From the NCBI GenBank assembly GCA_964016885.1, contig OZ024740.1:271188001-271252000 (forward strand): a stretch of DNA of 64,000 nucleotides, written 5' to 3'. The position numbers and the translations under genes are program-made. The notes beneath the pieces are model-generated. The model did not search any database and was not told the DNA's origin. It was given only the letters and a program-made list of their open reading frames with translations. Source of the DNA: Eledone cirrhosa. Taxonomy: Eukaryota. Positions 29,943 to 44,319 of the stretch are shown one piece after another; within the stretch, counting starts at the first letter, position 1, and every line of letters begins with the position of its first letter.

Positions 29943-32575
29943 ATGTATATGCACATATGTATATGTGTTTGTATGTATGTACATATGACTGTATTTGTTG
30001 TATATTGGCGAAGTATAGCAGAATTGATGCATCGACAAAAGAATGCCTTGTGGTATTTTCTAACGTTATTTTACGCCATTTCTCACATCCCGAGGTCGAT
30101 AAAATAAGTACCAGACAGCATATTGACCTCAATGCAATCAACTAAAACTTTGCGGTGACACATTATGACCGCAGTCCAATTAACCTGTAAAATAATTGTT
30201 TCTACGTTAGGCACAAGGCCAGCAATTACCCAGTGCATTACTGGTACTTTATTTTATCGACCCCGTAAGGATGAAAGGCAAAGTTAACTTTGGCGGGATT
30301 TGAACTCAGAATGGCAAGTGCCGTAACTCTATACGTCAAAGCATGGCGTCCGACCCTCTACCAATACTGCCAATCCACCGCCCCTGTAAAATAATTGTTT
30401 CTACTATTGGCACAAGGCCAGAAATTACCCAGTACATTACTGGTACTTTCCTGTAAAATAATGAAAGAAATACTTTTATATATATTACATTTGCTATTAT
30501 ATATTTATGCTATGGTCCCATAATTCCTGATGGAGTCGTAGGGGCGCTGTAGAGGTAGACGGCGTTGCTAGGGCATTTTTTAAACCTGGCAGAGCCCATC
30601 TCCTCTCCAGGTCTGAATGTAGCATGTTTCGTCCAGAGAAGGATTGAAAGTAAGGAAGAGGAAGGGAGAAAGAAATATAGAGGTAGAATAGATCCCAGTA
30701 CTAGACTGGTACTTTTTTATCGACCTTAAATGGATGAAAGGCAAAGTTGACCTCAGCGGGATTTTAACTCAGAGAGCAGAGAGTCAGAACGAATACGTTC
30801 TAATGACTCTGACAATTCTCCGCCTACATCATCTATGTTTTATCTTGCCCAAAGTGGAAAAAGAAAAGAAATAACATTATGAAAGTAATAGAGAGACGGG
30901 AAGAGAAAAAAGTGAAAGAAAAAGGGATACTGCAATTAAGAGTAACTAGTATTCATAGAAAATAATGGCTTAGGATTTAGGCACAAGGCCAGCAATTTGA
31001 AGGGAAGGGGAAAGTCGATTAAATCGACCCCAGTGCGTTACTGGTACTTTATTTTATCGACTCCGTAAGGATGAAAGGCAAAGCTAACCTCGGCAGGATT
31101 GGAACTCGGAACGTAAAGGGACGTAACTAAATGCTGCTAAGCATGCTGACCGAAGCTCTGCCGATTCTGCCAATCCACCGTCCTTCATAGAAAATAATAG
31201 TATTAGTAAGATGTGCGGGTGTAGTCGATTTAATAAACTCATTAAATCATTTATGTATTCATCCGGTGGCCTCAGCCGAAATCGACTCAACAATTGATCT
31301 CCACGTGGCTCTGTCGTTCATTGCCGTTGCCAAGTCGTGGATTTCAATACCAGAATCTCTGGAGATGACATCTGGATAGCAGGGCTTGCGCCCCCTGTTA
31401 TTAGTGACTACTTGTGGTTTCCAGAACACTAGTATTAGCTATACTATTAGTCTGATTGTTACATGTATTTCAATGGTTAACTACAGTATGAAATTGAAAA
31501 CGTAATCGAAATATTTAGCATAATGAAACATTTTTATGTGTTTCTCTTTAAATAATCTTGACTATGGAAGGAAATAGAAGACACAATCGAAATATTTACC
31601 ATGACGTAACAAATTCTAGTGTTACTCATTAAACAAACTTAACTATGGAACAGGGCTGGATTTAGACCTGGGGCTCTCATATACAAAAATAAATAAGAAT
31701 ACACAGCAAACCACCCTAATTTTACATATCAAAGTTAGCTTGGCGCAAGTAATTGGAATTGAAAAGTTATACATACAAGTATTAAATTCAAAAATTCTAA
31801 ACATCCTAAAACTAAAAACCCCAGCTGAGGGCACAAATAAATTGCTACGGCCGCCACTGGTGGGCCCCCTCCACTTCAGGAGGCCCGGGCCAATTGCCAA
31901 AACAGAAATATTAAATTAAGTTCTATAAAACATTTAATTTAGAACAAGCTAACGTATCTTTCAGTTTCACTATTGCATGTAATATCCTTAGCGCCCCACC
32001 CCTATTTCAAGAGAGACCTGCCTACACGCAAATTGTAAATAATATATAATAAATAAAATCGTTAATTGATATATAATAAATGATATAATATATACTATGT
32101 ATAAATATATATTATATATTTTATATTTTACTATGTTTATATATAATATTTATCATTTGATATTTAATATACTATTATATCATCTCTACTGCTCCCTAGG
32201 CCACTGGACTGTCTCAACGCCCTCGGTGGGCGGGGGGGGGGGGGGCGATAGCGCCCACTTTGAGAACCTCTGTCGTAGGAAACACTCACAACATCCTTTT
32301 TTTCTCAGAAATGGAGAAGGGTTGGACGAGAAAAAGGCAATTTCTTCTGATATAGAAGATAGTTGCTATGTTGATATGCTACAGATGCGGTATGATGACG
32401 GATCAATGTGTAGTAAAGCACAGAACGGATATAAAGATTATAAGTGCTACGTATATTGGCACAAGTCCGAGTAATTTTTCTAGCGAACCGGGAGAGATAA
32501 AAGACAAAGGCGATGCTGGTGAGATTTCAACACGAAAATTTGAAAGACGATATTATAAATTTTAAAAGACATATA

Positions 32576-32772
32576 CCGTATATATTCGAATATAAACCGA
32601 GGAATATGTGATTTTTTAAAAATCGATGGTAAAATGGAAGATTGGCTTGTATACGCCATCTAAACAATGTGTTAATTATAATTATCTGCCTTAGTTAGTA
32701 AACGGGTTGGGATTTTCGTGTATTTCTCAAGACATAAAATAGGGTCAACTTATATTTGAGTATATTATACGG
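32576..32772. mobile_element. pogo/Tigger-type MITE
   Basis: TACCGTATATATTCGAATATAA ... TTATATTTGAGTATATTATACGGTA termini. Confidence 0.6.
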
Positions 32773-33319
32773 TATTTCATATTTTGGAGTGGTATCTGTT
32801 TGGTGAGTGACTTCGTTTGAAAAAGTAATTTTGTCATTTAAGAGCATATAAAAACTTAATAGAGCTATGCACCATTACGTGTCAAAAACTATTCATTGCA
32901 CATCTGCTACCTACAATTCCAATCGCTTTACTTTTATATTCAGTTTCCAACATCACCTTAAATAATGATTTCTAGTATAGGCACAGGGCCAGTAATTTAG
33001 GGGAGAGGAAAGTCGATTAAATCGACCCCAGTACGTTACTGGTGCTTTATTTTCTCGACCCCGTAAGGATGAAAGGCAAAGTTAACCTCGGCGGGATTTG
33101 AACTCAGACCTTAAAGGGCCGTAACTCTATGCTACAAAGCATGGTGTCCGACTCTCTACTGATACTGCCAATCCACTGCCCGCAATCTCACCCTAAATAA
33201 TACTGTTTATACACTAACCCACACATTCCGTTTTGTCAATGAGACGACAATTGAAATATTTGAAATATTTGATTTTTCAACTGCAAGCTTTTCATTCCAG
33301 AAAGTGGGCCACTGATCAG

Positions 33320-34420
33320 CTTCGGACCTATCTTTACCTGCCTACCTCTCCTCTATATCTTCCTGTCACGCTCTCATCAGCGAGGTTCTCAGCCAGACGG
33401 CCGAACCTGACCTGGCCTCTGAGATGGAACAGGCTCAGGCCTACTGGACAGGCGAAGGCCTCTCTATCCCCCAGTATACCATGGTCCAAAGTAACTGGGA
33501 CCACATCAATTGCAGGTCCTCTGTTAGGCGGATCGAGTCTGGCTATGGCCAACACCACCTCGCCTACCTTAGATCCGCTTCTCAGCCCAAAAGCGGCGCG
33601 TGGCTCAATTCGGTGCTCTCCTCATCAACCGCTACCCTTCTTGATAATGAGCATCAGAGTATCCCAACGTTTTGACCTCCGCGTGTGTGAGCCGCATAAA
33701 TGCTGCTGCAGGGCGGTTGTTGACAAGTTCGGCCTGCACCCTTTGTCTTGCCGCCAGAGGGCAAGCCGGTTCCCACGACACGCCGTTCTCAACGACATAT
33801 TGAGAAGAAGCCAGGACGCAGCTGGCTTTCCATCTCAACTGGAGCCAGCAGGCCTAGATCACGGAGAAGGCAAGCGCCCCGAGAAATATCCCTCTTCCTA
33901 TTCGAAGGAGGTAGATCTTTCTTATCTGGGACACCACCTGCTGCGACACGTTCTTCGCCTCCAACTTAGTCGCTTCGGCCACAAACCCCGGCATCGCAGC
34001 CCGCCTCGCAGAAGAACCTAAAATAAACAAATACCGGGGTTTGTCCTGCCGCTACCTCTTCGCACCGGTCGCCGTCAGACCTCAGGCGTTCTTGGACCCC
34101 GTACTGCCCAGCTCCTCCGCAATATCGGAGCGTCGGTGGCCCGGATGAGGAGGGAGTCCCGCAAGGTTGGGTGGCTGTTGCAGGAGGTGTCACTGGCCAT
34201 CGTCTGGGGGAATGCTTTTGTCGTCTTGTCCACTGGCGCAGCACTTCTGCCCTCTTGCCCTAGGCCCAAAACCCAATCACCCTCCCTCTTCCCCTCACCC
34301 CTCTCTCTTCTGCGACACCAGAGCTATTTCTATCCCTCCCCTTCCCGTTCTTTTTCTTCTTTTTTTCTCTCTTTTTTTTCTATATATTTCTTTATTCTTA
34401 CTTTCTTTTTGTTACCCTTT
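33320..34420 (+). mobile_element. CRE-clade non-LTR retrotransposon 3' fragment (zinc knuckle plus restriction-like endonuclease), frameshifted
   Basis: Translates HKCCCRAVVDKFGLHPLSC..RHAVLNDIL..LEPAGLD.GEGKRP..WDTTCCDT..K.NKY..FAPV..WLLQEVSLAIVWGNA. Confidence 0.82.
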
Positions 34421-34445
34421 TTTATTGCCGTCATTACAGTTGACA

Positions 34446-34925
34446 TTGGCAGTATCGGTAGAGGGTCGGACGCCATGCTTTGCAGCATAGAGTTATGGCC
34501 CTTTGCAGTCTGGGTTCAAATCCCGCCGAGGCTAACTTTGCTTTCATCCTTACGGGGAAGATAAAATAAAGTACCAGTAATTCACTGGTATGATTGCTGG
34601 CCTTGTGCCAAAAGTAGAAACAATTATTATTATTGCGTGAGTGGTGGATTGGCAGTATTGGTAGAGGGTCGGCTGCCATGCTTTGCAGCATAGAGTTACG
34701 GCCCTTTATGATGTGAGTTCAAATCCCACCGAGGTTAACTTTGCCTTTCATCCTTACGGGGTCGATGAAATAATGTACCAGTAATACACTGGAGCAATTG
34801 CTGGGCTTGTGCAAAAAGTAGAAACAATTATTATTGTTGCTTTTCATCCTTACGGGGTTGATAAAATAAAGTACCAGTAATGCACTGGGTTAATTGCCGG
34901 CCTTGTGTCAAAAGTAGAAACAATT
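34446..34925 (+). mobile_element. Head-to-tail SINE cluster (similar clusters 36226-37000 and 55278-56025)
   Basis: Consecutive copies of the same SINE separated by short (ATT)n tails. Confidence 0.85.
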
Positions 34926-35119
34926 TTTGTTATTATTATTGTTAATGCAGAAAATAAAAATTTCTAGTTGAACTATCCTCAAACAAAAAGAAACAAATGT
35001 TAGAAATTAGCATTTAACATTGAACATTAAAGATTCAGAATTAACGATTAACAATTAAAGTTACGAGTTAAAGATTAAGCAGTGTCCAATTATATGAAGT
35101 ACAATATAATACTATATGT

Positions 35120-35375
35120 AGGCACTCCGTCGGTTACAACGACGAGTGTTCCAGTTGATCCGATCAACGGAACAGCTTACTCGTGAAATTAACATGCAAG
35201 TGGCTGAGCATTCCGCAGACACGCGTACACTTCACGTAGTTCTCAGGGAGGTTCAGAGTGACACAGAATGTGACAAGGCTGGTCCTTCGAACTGCAGGTA
35301 CAACTCATTTTTGCCAGTTGAGTGGACTAGATCACTGTGAAATAAAGTGTCTTGCTCAAGGTTACAATGCGCCAT
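35120..35375 (-). mobile_element. SINE with CORE plus Nin/Deu-like domain (fragments 46525-46672 plus, 48470-48620 plus, 58930-59090 plus)
   Basis: AGCCTTGTCACATTCTGTGTCAC..GAGAACTACG..CTCAGCCACTTGCATGTTAATTTCACGAG..CCGTTGATCGGATCAACTGGAAC. Confidence 0.7.
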
Positions 35376-35660
35376 CCAGTCCGGTCCAGTAACTGACCTA
35401 AAAAAAATAAACAAATATATATCCAATTCCGAGTGGCTAGAGAATTGGATTCGCCATCGTGAGGTTGTGAATTCGATTCCTGGACCGGGCGATGTGTTAT
35501 GTCCTTGAGCAAGACACTTTATTTCACGTTGCTCCTTCTACCTGGAGTTACGACCGATAGAGAGTATTAGCAATTGGAAAGACCAACAGAAACATTGTTT
35601 CCGCGGTCTAATTTGACGAAAGTCGATCGACTGTCGATTTATGTCGTCGTCGTCGTCGTC

Positions 35661-35743
<83 letters not shown>

Positions 35744-37204
35744 CATCGTCGTGGTATATATGAGGAAGATGTTCTCTCTTAAATTGTTGTCATATTAATC
35801 TGGTATGTGCAAATAGATATGCTGTTTTCTTTTTTTCCTCTATAAAATATAGAACCTTCTATAAGAACAGAAAACATCGCTGCTATTACGATTTATTAGT
35901 GATATAAACCTTAAAATCATGAATAAAGATATATATCAAAAATATTCATTTCCTATATCATAAATGCACAAACTTGTAAACTGTATAAATTATCATTGTA
36001 TTTTATAAGGTAATGAGAAATAGCTATGCATCAAAATAATATAGTAGTTATGGTTGAAGAAATACTTGAAAGATCTCTCTTAGATTATTTACAGTTTCTA
36101 ATGTTATTTTCTGGAACTTGTCCAAGCCTATACTTGCAATTTATTGATGTCTATACAAGAACAGCTTTGCATCAGTCTACTTCCACTAATTATCAATGGG
36201 ATGGTGAATACGTGTATTACATACCATAATTGTTTCTACTTTTGGCACAAGGCCATCAATTATCCCAGTGTATTACTGGTACTTTATTTTATTGACTCCT
36301 TTACGGTCTGAGTTCAAATCCCACCGAGGTTAACTTTGCCTTTCATCCTTATGGGAGTCGATAAAATAAAGTACCAGTAATACACTGGGATAATTGCTGG
36401 CCTTGTGTCAAAAGTAGAAACAATTATTAAAGGGATTAAAAGGGCAGTGGATTAGCAGTATCTGTAGAGCGTCGGACATCGTGCTTTGCAGCATATAGAT
36501 ACGGCTATTAACGCAATGGGGTCAATTTATTCGACTTTCACCTCCCAAAAAATTGTTGGCCTAGTGCCTAAATCAGAAACCATTATTTAGAGGGCGGTGG
36601 ATTGGCTAGGGCGGTGGATTGGCAGTATCGGTAGAGGGTCAGACACCATGCTTTCCAGCATAGTTACGTCCCTTTACGATCTGAGTTCAAATCCCGCCGA
36701 GGTTGACTTTGCCTTTCATCCTTACGGGGTCGATAAAATAAAGTACCAGTAATGCACTGGGTAATTGCTGGCCTTGTGCCTAAAGTAGAAACAATTATTT
36801 AGAGGGCGGTGGATTGGCAGTATCGGTAGAGGGTCAGACGTCATGCTTTGCAGCATAGAGTTACGGCCCTTTTCGGTCTGAGTTCAAATCCCGCCGAGGT
36901 TTAACTTTGCCTTTCATCTTTATGGGGTCGATAAAATAAAATAAAATACCAGTAATTCACTGGTATAATTGCTGGCCTTGTGCCAAAAGTAGAAACCATT
37001 ATTTAGAGAATGTTCATTTCTTTCAAAATATCAACAAGCAATGGAAGTTTTGTTTTTATATATCACTACTAAAAAGGAATGATATTAACCAGAAGCTCCT
37101 AAACTTAATAATGGTTAACATCAATTTGAGTTATTTCTAGCAGTGGAAGAAAGCATCTTTATATAATATAATAAAAAAAGGCTACAATTATTCAACATAC
37201 ATAC

Positions 37205-37277
<73 letters not shown>

Positions 37278-37443
37278 AAAATTTCGCTCTACATGGCTGA
37301 ATACAATAAATGTAATCTGAGTTTTTCAAATATTAATAATAACATTCGATTCGTTTGCAATTATGCAAACAAGCTTCAATTTTATAGCCATGTCAGTAGA
37401 ATGAACACTTCATTCTTGGTCATGTGTTGGCATGCGAACAGAA

Positions 37444-37487
37444 CTGCAGACACTAATGTTTCTGGGTATCACCCTTCATCAGTGCAG
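37444..37487 (-). ncRNA. Type I hammerhead ribozyme with GUC site and extended stem I
   Basis: ctgca CTGATGA a GGG-tgata-CCC a GAAA CA-ttag-TG T C tgcag. Stem I extends (gaacag/ctgttc, ggca/tgcc) to about 37428-37506. Lies between inverted arms 37302-37402 and 37565-37648. Confidence 0.85.
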
Positions 37488-37663
37488 CTCACTGTTCACC
37501 TGCCAAACTGTCAGAGCTAGTGAAAATATATGGTATTTTCAAAAATACACATTGACTGATCGGCACATTCTACTGACATGGGTATAAAATTGAGGGATGT
37601 TTGCATAATTGCATACGAATCGAATGTTATTATTAATATTCGAAAAACTCAGATTACATTTAT

Positions 37664-37738
<75 letters not shown>

Positions 37739-37927
37739 TTTGTTGGTTCAGCACTGGATAGAACTGGTCATTCCGTATGGTCAATCTCGATGTAATATTA
37801 GGGAGAGTACTCAACGTAATGCAGCTCACCCGTCTTCGTTTGTGTAGTTGGTGGTGCGAGTACGGAGTTAATTATTATAATAAAATAACAGGAGGTTGGA
37901 CTTGTGTAAATCCTTGAAAGGTTTATT

Positions 37928-37985
37928 ATACTATGATCATTTCAATGACCGGGTTCTGTATGCATCCGGTGATATCATCAGGTAT
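37928..37985 (-). ncRNA. Type I hammerhead motif (inverted partner 38193-38250 plus has a G at the cleavage position)
   Basis: atac CTGATGA t AT c ACCGG...CCGGT c AT t GAAA tgatca T A gtat AATAAA. Within the inverted repeat 37872-38305. Confidence 0.8.
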
Positions 37986-38308
37986 TCGAAATATAATAAA
38001 GGAACATAACAGATAAAATCCATGGGGCTGAAAATCAAAGAAGTAGACCGAAGAAAATCTACTAGTAGACCGAGTAGCCAACATTTGAGGGCGACTGACT
38101 GAGGTGAAAGCAGCTAGTTGGTCAGTCGTCCTCTTGTCTTTGATTTTCTGCCCCATGGATTTTATCTGTTATATTCCTTTGTTATATTTCGAAGACCTGA
38201 TGATATCACCGGGTTCATACGGAACCCGGTCATTGAAATGATCATGGTATAATGTACCTTTCAAGGATTTACACAAGTCCTGCCTCCTGTTATTTTATTA
38301 TAATATAT

Positions 38309-38381
<73 letters not shown>

Positions 38382-38651
38382 CTTAAAACATGTCTATAGA
38401 ATCACCAGATAAAATATATACCATTTCCTCTCCCAATTAGCATAATTAACAATATAAAAAATCGAATAGACCAGGCTATAAGAATAAGGCTTCTATGAAG
38501 AAATCTCCAACAAATAACCGAAACTAGCCCTTCGCGTCGGCTGCGACGGAATATTTATCGAATATTTCGACAGCGTAATCGCCCAGATATACAGTCAATT
38601 AAACAGAATTAGGTGTAAAATAAACTAGGAGAGAAGAGAATACATTTATTT

Positions 38652-38728
38652 ACCTCGACCATGGTTTCGCCCGCATTTTGAGATTTCCAATAACTTCGGA
38701 AACTCGAGCACCGGACTCTTCAGAAGTT
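38652..38728 (-). ncRNA. Type I hammerhead motif in pseudo-LTR 38380-38925
   Basis: aactt CTGAAGA GTCCG...CGGGC GAAA ccatgg T C gaggt aAATAAA. Confidence 0.72.
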
Positions 38729-38928
38729 TGCTCAAATCGAGACAATAAATTTTCCAAAGTGATCGCGCCAAGAATACATTTTAAAATGGCTAAGAATCGT
38801 GACGTAGCAGCGGTCAGGTTAGAAGGAGTGTGGTCAGTTGCTTACGGCTGGTGGCTTATTGTTAGAAAGCACAGCACAATACAGCCAAATTTGTATCTCA
38901 ACCTTGCAGGAGATTATTACATATAAAG

Positions 38929-38976
<48 letters not shown>

Positions 38977-39000
38977 CTTTATATATATATATATATATAT

Positions 39001-40242
39001 AAAAGACGTAAAATAAGAAAATATTTTTTTTTAAATTTTTAAAAAATTTTTTACTTACTTACTTAAATTTTCACTCCAACTAATTAGTTTCTGCAATGGG
39101 ATAAAGACAGTTACATAATCCAACTGTCGAGAATTCATTGCGTCATCAGGGAGTCTATTCTCAGCTGAGCCTCCAGGCAATGCGCGGACACTGGCGGCTC
39201 ATATAAAAATAATAATTCGGTAGAAAGAACAGCTAGGCGAGGACTGGATTCTATGTACTGAAATTCTCACTGCTTCCAGTCAAATGGCCGATTCTAAAGA
39301 ATCAATCACGTGACATAGAGGCCAGTTAGAAGGAATGGGATGGTAAGATGACTGACGCCTACTAACACCCCAAAAAAAATTTTGAAGTGGTTTTGGCAGG
39401 TTTGCTCGACAAATCAGTGATTTGGAGATAAATATAGATAATTTAATATATCAACTAACATAGGCGCACAGATGCACGTCCATGCCAGCAAATACACAGG
39501 TTATGTCATAGTACCTAGGTGGTTCAATGCAGGAGGGTGCAGAACAATAATATAAAAGACGTAAAATAAGAAAATATTTTTTAAAAAATTTTTAAAAAAT
39601 TTTTTTTACTTACTTACTTAAATTTTCACTCCAACTAATTAGTTTCTGCAATGGGATAAAGACAGTTACATAATCCAACTGTCGAGAATTCATTGCGTCA
39701 TCAGGGAGTCTATTCTCAGCTGAGCCTCCAGGCAATGCGCGGACACTGGCGGCTCATATAAAAATAATAATTCGGTAGAAAGAACAGCTAGGCGAGGACT
39801 GGATTCTATGTACTGAAATTCTCACTGCTTCCAGTCAAATGGCCGATTCTAAAGAATCAATCACGTGACATAGAGGCCAGTTAGAAGGAATGGGATGGTA
39901 AGATGACTGACGCCTACTAACACCCCAAAAAAAATTTTGAAGTGGTTTTGGCAGGTTTGCTCGACAAATCAGTGATTTGGAGATAAATATAGATAATTTA
40001 ATATATCAACTAACATAGGCGCACAGATGCACGTCCATGCCAGCAAATACACAGGTTATGTCATAGTACCTAGGTGGTTCAATGCAGGAGGGTGCAGAAC
40101 AATAGTATAAAAGACGTAAAATAAGAAAATATTTTTTAAAAAATTTTTTTAAAATTTTTTACTTACTTACTTAAATTTTCACTCCAACTAATTAGTTTCT
40201 GCAATGGGATAAAGACAGTTACATAATCCAACTGTCGAGAAT
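39001..40242 (-). mobile_element. Tandem array of about 554-bp hammerhead-containing monomers (2.2 copies), retrozyme/pseudo-LTR-like
   Basis: Units start at 39001, 39554 and 40109 and are near-identical. Non-coding and flanked by (TA)n on both sides. Confidence 0.85.
39073..39154 (-). ncRNA. Type I hammerhead ribozyme of tandem monomer 1 (identical copy at 39628-39709)
   Basis: actcc CTGATGA c GCAATG..GACAGTT..AACTGTC..CATTGC a GAAA ctaattag T T ggagt. Confidence 0.85.
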
Positions 40243-40267
40243 ACATATATATATATATATACATATA

Positions 40268-40355
<88 letters not shown>

Positions 40356-40437
40356 TATATATATATATACATAATACATATATAAATATATGTATATATA
40401 ATATATATATGTATATATATATGTATATATATATGTG

Positions 40438-40503
<66 letters not shown>

Positions 40504-40711
40504 TGTGTGTGTGTGTTATAGGGGGTCATGGCCCGATGGCTGAGTTCCTACCGTTTCAGCAATAAATTCCAGTCTGCCGAAACGGCAAGAGCTTAGCCGT
40601 TGGGCCGTGACTCACTACAATATTTACACTCTACTATCCCAAGTATTGAGTACCCTCTGAATAATGATTTTTACTAGTTTAAAATTGGTATAATCCTGAT
40701 CTCTCACTCAA

Positions 40712-40812
<101 letters not shown>

Positions 40813-41758
40813 TCTCTCTTACTGCTTCCCCGTTCTCTCTGTTGCTCTCATCTTCTTTCGCCCCTTCTGTCAGTTACACTTTCTCTCGACTGACCTCTTC
40901 CTCGCACTTCCACTCACTCACTCTCTGTTTCTCCCCTTCCCACTTCCTCCCATTTGGCTAGTAGTGGGGTCTTTTCTTGCTCACATCTCACTCACGTCGG
41001 ACCGTCTGTATCTTGATCGCTCATGAAATCCACCCAGCTGTTGCTTGTTTATTTTCCTATCTTCGGTTTGCTTTTATCCTTCTATGTTGTTTACTTATCT
41101 CACTCGCTTTACGCGATTTACTTGTCCCAATAGCGTTTTTTAGTTATTGCTCGCACCAACCTGAGGTATATGATTTTTAATGCGATAAAATATCAATGAT
41201 GGTTGGCAAATCACTGACGAGGGACTAATTTTATCATATGTAACTCATGTGCAACCACGCAGTATTCTTCTTTCTTCTCATGTTTTTTATATATATATAT
41301 ATATATATTATATTATATTATATTATATTATATTATATTATATTATATTATATATTATATATACTATATATAGGAAAAGATTCAGGACTGCGACAGCTGA
41401 GCTACGGCCGTTTCGACAGCTAGATCTAGTTCGGGTTTAGCTGTGCCAACGGCCGGAGCTCAGCCGTCGGGGGTCCTGACTTTTTTCCTATTACCCACTC
41501 TACTACCATAAGTATCGAGTACTCTAGTGCATTATGGTCCACCTGGTATCTTACCACACCTTCTTTGTATATTATATATAGGGAGAGAGAATGGAAAACG
41601 AAAAATCAGTGATGCATCAGAACTCAATTTATTGTGTGTTACAATTGTTTCCCCGGCGAACAGCTCGAGGTGCGATCCATGTGTGGATCTACCTGACTCT
41701 AGTCACGCAGGTTCCTCGGACACGTCTATTGATTTCGGAGCATATCCTCTTTCTAGAC

Positions 41759-41846
41759 GTGTCCGAGGAACCTGCGAGTCTAGAGTCAGGTCCATCCACA
41801 CACAGATCGCACCTCGAGCTGTTCGCCGGGGAAACAATTGTAACAC
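41759..41846 (+). ncRNA. Type I hammerhead motif (CCGAGGA core); mirror copy 41636-41723 minus
   Basis: gtgt CCGAGGA a CC t GCGAG...TTCGC c GG g GAAA caattg T A acac, then AATAAA. Lies in the inverted repeat 41588-41728/41754-41894. Confidence 0.68.
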
Positions 41847-42771
41847 ACAATAAATTGAGTTCCGATGCATCACTGATTTTTCGTTTTCCATTCTATAATA
41901 CTCTGCTCCGTAGAAGCATAGAGTGCTCAACCGGCATACCGCGTATGGAAGCATCTTAGCTACAACTAGACATATATATATATATTAGAAAGTGAGGTTT
42001 TTTTACAAAATGAAAAAAACCTGGTGTCCTACACGAGTGAAAGTATAAGGAAAAAAGATGAAATCGAAAATGCAACTGGAATTTTTTTTTTTTAAATATA
42101 TTTATTTGGTTGCTTTACCGGTTTCGCAGTTCTTGTGCTTTTCAAAAGTAGAATTGAGATGGAGGGTTTTTGGTTTTTAAACCCTCCATCTTAATTCTAC
42201 TTTTGAAAAGCACAAGAACTGCGAAACCGGTAAAGGAACCAAATAAATATATGTTTTTAAAAAAAGACCAGTTGCATTTTCGATTTCATCTTTTTTCCCT
42301 GTATATATCTGTGTATGTATATTTAATCCAATGACTGAGGACTCTACTCATACAGTAAACAACTCAATACACTTAACTACAGAGTATATTTAGTTTTAGT
42401 TCGTATACAAAACCTACAAATGCACAAACTTTCTTCGGCGATTTTTATTGGAACCAGCGAATCATATATCGTATATGTATAATTACATGTAAAAAGAATA
42501 AAAACATAAGTAAAAATAAGACACTATTATCTTCTAAACTAAGGCGGTGGATTGGCAGTATCGGTAGAGGGTCGGGCGCCATGCTCTGAAGCATAGAGTT
42601 ACCTCCCTTTATGATCTGAGTTCAAATCCCGCCTAGGTTAACTTTGCCTTTCATCCTTACGGGGTCGATAAAATAAAGTACCAGTAATGCACTGGGATAA
42701 TTGCTGGCCTGGTGCCAAAAGTAGAAACAGTTATCTTCTATATGGATGGATGTATCATTCATGAGTGTATT

Positions 42772-43139
42772 CAGTCTATCCCCGGCATTCACGATCCCAA
42801 CATTCGCGGTCCCGGTTGTTCGCAGAATTTTCCTTAGAACCTAATTAGTAATTGTTCGTGGATACCACCGCATATTCGCGGAATTGTACAAATCTTCCGC
42901 GATATTTTAAGGCTTTTTTTTCGTAGTAATAGATATATTTTTAACGTTAAATTATTAATAACAACATCATTTTTTCCGGTCTATTGCACGCCCCTTCGCA
43001 TAAAACGCTCCCTCATTTTTTTATTATACTTTACATTATATTTTGACCTTTATGGGCATTTTTATGGACCACTCCCAATATTCTCGGTTTTTCGCTTGTG
43101 CTCTAGAACGTAACCCCCGCGAATACAGGATGACTACTG
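42772..43139. mobile_element. Tigger-like MITE
   Basis: CAGTCTATCCCCGGCATTCACG ... CGCGAATACAGGATGACTACTG imperfect TIRs. Confidence 0.6.
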
Positions 43140-43144
43140 TAGAC

Positions 43145-43210
<66 letters not shown>

Positions 43211-43611
43211 GGGAGAAAGAGAGAGAGAGAAATTACTAGAACTCTTTCATTCGTTTGAAATCATCAGGAGTGTCAGATAATTGTTTCTACTTTTGGCACA
43301 AGGCCAGTAATTACCCAGTGCATTACTGGTACTTTATTTTATCGACCCCGTAAGGATGAAAGGCAAAGTTAATCTCGGCGGGATTTGAACTCAGAATGGC
43401 AAGGGCCGTAACTATGCGTCAAAGCATGGCGTCCGACTCTCTACCGATACTGCCAATCCTCAGATAATGTATATCATACAGTTCTAGTCATGTAGAAGTC
43501 GTTTCTATATATAATAAGGATATCTGTACTCTACCAACGTATTGAGTTCCTTTTTTAACTATGGTTAGCCCCTGACACAAATCGGAAATTTACCTATTAT
43601 ATATGTGTGCA

Positions 43612-44068
<457 letters not shown>

Positions 44069-44319
44069 GTGTGTTTATGTGTTGGATATGTATAAATGTC
44101 TATATATACATAAATAAATATATAACGCATAAATAAAAATATATAACGACAAATTTAGTGGACTAGAGTTTTTTTCCATACGATGACGCGTATGTGTATG
44201 TGTGTGCGCATATGCATACATTTATATGTAAGAGTATATAAATATAAACGTGCTTACAAACATACATACTCACACAAATGTACATACATACTCATACATA
44301 CTCATACATACTCATATAT

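Noticed and set aside
41527-41959. Mirror-image ORFs on both strands (MENEKSVMH...)
   Set aside because: A consequence of the pseudo-LTR inverted repeat; no coding signal.
42542-42640. tRNA gene
   Set aside because: A and B boxes belong to a tRNA-derived SINE head with an over-long spacer and SINE body, and no cloverleaf forms.
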